NCBI GenBank assembly: GCA_963804995.1
Contig: CAWDSK010000006.1
Location: forward strand, 576,001 to 640,000
Reading direction: 5' to 3'
Origin: an uncultured Acidobacteriota bacterium
Lineage (GTDB): Bacteria; Acidobacteriota; Terriglobia; UBA7540
Length of the DNA: 64,000 bases
Below, in pieces: positions 61,913 through 64,000 of the stretch. Each line of letters begins with the position of its first letter. Positions within the stretch are counted from its first letter, which is position 1. The notes below the pieces were generated by a model. It was not told the DNA's origin. It saw only the letters and a program-made list of their open reading frames with translations, and made no database searches. The position numbers were made by a program, and so were the translations under genes.

Positions 61913-63862
61913 TTAGCGAATTACGAATGTATAAAAAAGCCATAATACGGCTCCCAGTAGCACCCAAGCTGCGTAGCTTGGGATATTTCCAGACTGAATG
62001 CGTCGCAGGAGATTTCCGACCGCTGAGTTAGCCTCTCCTGTACCGTTGACCAGCAAGTTGTCGATTGCGCCCACATCAATAACTCGCCACAGAACTTTTT
62101 CCGAGACAACGCGAATAGGTCGCACGACCAGCCAGTTATAGAACTCGTCAACGTAGTATTTGTGGATCAGGATGTTATACAAATCTGCGTAACGCGTGGC
62201 CAATTGTTCGGGAATATCCGTGGATTTCCAATACCACCAGATGCCCAATCCAATTCCGACGAAGGCCGCGAGAATCGAGAATCCCATCAACGCGCCCGGG
62301 CTGAGACCCTGCAAGTGATAGGCGTAAACGTTGCGAAGAGCCTCCTCTGCCGGCTCAAAAACCGGCTCGAGGTACCGGTCAAACGCCTCGCTTCCGCCCC
62401 AGGCGCTGGGCCAGCTCAGGTAGCCAATGACAACCGAAAAGAACGCGAGTACCACCAGCGGTACCGTCATCTTGGAGCTGCTTTCATGAACGTGGTGCTC
62501 GGTCTCCGGGTCGACCCGCGATTTTCCCCAGAAAGTCAGGATAAGCGCACGGAACATGTAGAAAGCTGTGAGCCCGGCGGTGACGGTTCCAAGCCAATAC
62601 AGCCAGGGCCGGCCCAGGAGTCCCTCGTAAGCACCCGCCAGAATCTCGTCCTTGCTGAAGAAGCCTGCAAATCCGGGCACGCCACTAATGGCCAGCGTGG
62701 CAATCAAGAAGGTCGCGTGCGTAATCTTCAACTTGTGACGCAAACCGCCCATCTTGCGCATGTCCAGCTCACCGTTCATGGCGTGCATCACACTTCCGGC
62801 TGCCAGGAAGAGCAGCGACTTGAAAAACGCATGGGTCATCAAATGGAAAATGCCGGCAGCGAACGCCCCCACACCCAGGCCCAGGAACATGTATCCGAGC
62901 TGGCTGATGGTGGAATAGGCAAGCATCCGCTTCAGATCGTTCTGGGTGAGTGCGATGGTGGCCGCGAAGAACGCAGTCAAGCAGCCTATGAAGCCGACGA
63001 TAGCCAGAGCTGCCGGAGCGCGCGCGTAGAGGATGCTTGACCTTGCCACAAGATAAACGCCCGCCGTCACCATGGTGGCAGCATGGATTAACGCGCTTAC
63101 CGGAGTGGGGCCTTCCATTGCATCAGGGAGCCACACGTAGAGTGGAAGTTGCGCCGATTTCCCCACGGCCCCCAGGAAGATGAGCAGACCGATTGCCGTC
63201 AATGTTCCATTCAATTCCCCTGGCGGCAAAGCGGCGATTCGCGCATACACCGTCTGGAAACTCAGGGAGTGAAAAGTCCAGAAAAGCAGGGCCACGCCCA
63301 CGGTGAAGCCTGCGTCACCAATGCGCGTTACGATGAAAGCCTTTTTCCCCGCATCGGAGGCGCTCTTCTTGTGGAAGTAAAAGCCGATTAACAAGTAGGA
63401 GCAGAGCCCGACGCCCTCCCATCCCACAAACATTAGCGGGTAGTTGGCCGCGGTGATGAGGGTCAGCATCATGAACAGAAAAAGATTCAAGTAAGTAAAG
63501 AAGCGGTAGTATCCGCCTTCGTGCTCCATGTACCCGCGCGAATAAAGGTGAATCAGAAAGGCGACAACCGTGACCGTAAGAGTCATGACCAGGGTAAGCC
63601 GGTCGTAATAGAGTGCGTAATTCGCCCTTAAAGATCCCGCTTCGATCCAGGTGAAATAGCTGTAAGAGAAAGGCAGGGGCTGGCTTGCCGAGCGGGAGTA
63701 GACCCATGCCGCAAACATCGCGAAAACCATGGAAAGCCCAGCGCCCCCGCAAGCAATCACGGAGACCACGGTCTGGGAGAAGCGGCGGCCGAGGATTCCG
63801 TTCAAGGCTGCACCCAGGAGCGGGGGCAACAGCATGAGCAGCAGTAGGATTTCCAGGTTCAT
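61913..63862 (-). CDS. nuoL: NADH-quinone oxidoreductase subunit L (second copy)
   Basis: GWEGVGLCSY, GKSAQLP, WLPDAMEGPTPVSALIHAATMV. Confidence 0.95.
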   Translation of the reverse strand: MNLEILLLLMLLPPLLGAALNGILGRRFSQTVVSVIACGGAGLSMVFAMFAAWVYSRSASQPLPFSYSYFTWIEAGSLRANYALYYDRLTLVMTLTVTVVAFLIHLYSRGYMEHEGGYYRFFTYLNLFLFMMLTLITAANYPLMFVGWEGVGLCSYLLIGFYFHKKSASDAGKKAFIVTRIGDAGFTVGVALLFWTFHSLSFQTVYARIAALPPGELNGTLTAIGLLIFLGAVGKSAQLPLYVWLPDAMEGPTPVSALIHAATMVTAGVYLVARSSILYARAPAALAIVGFIGCLTAFFAATIALTQNDLKRMLAYSTISQLGYMFLGLGVGAFAAGIFHLMTHAFFKSLLFLAAGSVMHAMNGELDMRKMGGLRHKLKITHATFLIATLAISGVPGFAGFFSKDEILAGAYEGLLGRPWLYWLGTVTAGLTAFYMFRALILTFWGKSRVDPETEHHVHESSSKMTVPLVVLAFFSVVIGYLSWPSAWGGSEAFDRYLEPVFEPAEEALRNVYAYHLQGLSPGALMGFSILAAFVGIGLGIWWYWKSTDIPEQLATRYADLYNILIHKYYVDEFYNWLVVRPIRVVSEKVLWRVIDVGAIDNLLVNGTGEANSAVGNLLRRIQSGNIPSYAAWVLLGAVLWLFYTFVIR

Positions 63863-63942
63863 GACAGTCTGAACTAAACTTTTGCTTGCTCCGGCCCTTC
63901 CTGCAGGTCACGCGGATCCGCGGGATGGGCACGAGCGCAACT

Positions 63943-64000
63943 TCACATTTTCATCGAATCATGGTCTTCAATATTCAGCGACTCATGATTGCGGTAGAGC
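63943..64000 (-). CDS. nuoK: 3' end of a second NuoK (truncated by window edge)
   Basis: LYRNHESLNIEDHDSMKM-stop directly upstream of nuoL, typical of the NuoK C-terminus. Confidence 0.7.
   Translation of the reverse strand, partial: LYRNHESLNIEDHDSMKM

Noticed and set aside
58891..63862. Mrp antiporter or assembly duplicate
   Set aside because: K-L-M-N order and motifs are Nuo-type, and the sequence is clearly diverged from the first copy

Overview
64-kb bacterial chromosomal window with high GC. The gene content and arrangements (short SucA, ECF sigma/HEAT anti-sigma/DUF4097/PDZ operon, nuo genes followed by atpZ-I-B-E, signal-peptide-bearing AtpE) suggest Acidobacteriota; this is an inference. 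Most of the window is housekeeping: aroK, sodC, sucA, Fpg/Nei, rluD-lspA-ileS, a TetR-TolC-HlyD-ABC efflux operon, several secreted hydrolases, a complex I operon nuoCD-HIJKLMN lacking nuoAB and nuoEFG and running into Fo ATP synthase genes, and a second convergent nuoKLMN arm. The main finding is a 4090-bp transposase-free cassette (23931-28020). It has 16-bp perfect terminal inverted repeats (CATAGGCGTTAAAATA) and an 11-bp target-site duplication (GGGGGACGGGC), resembling IS4/IS231-type mobile insertion cassettes. Its only cargo is a ~1100-aa protein with an Mrr-like nuclease N-terminus, a helical-repeat body and a C-terminal SEC-C zinc motif hidden behind an A7 frameshift, making it a candidate mobile single-gene defence system. 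Other findings are several MITE shells loaded with REP-like palindromes, heptamer arrays in the nuo operon, and a cluster of frameshifts and Asp-to-Asn changes at CTCGAC sites that looks like a DNA-modification footprint in long-read consensus errors. No rRNA, tRNA or CRISPR array was seen.
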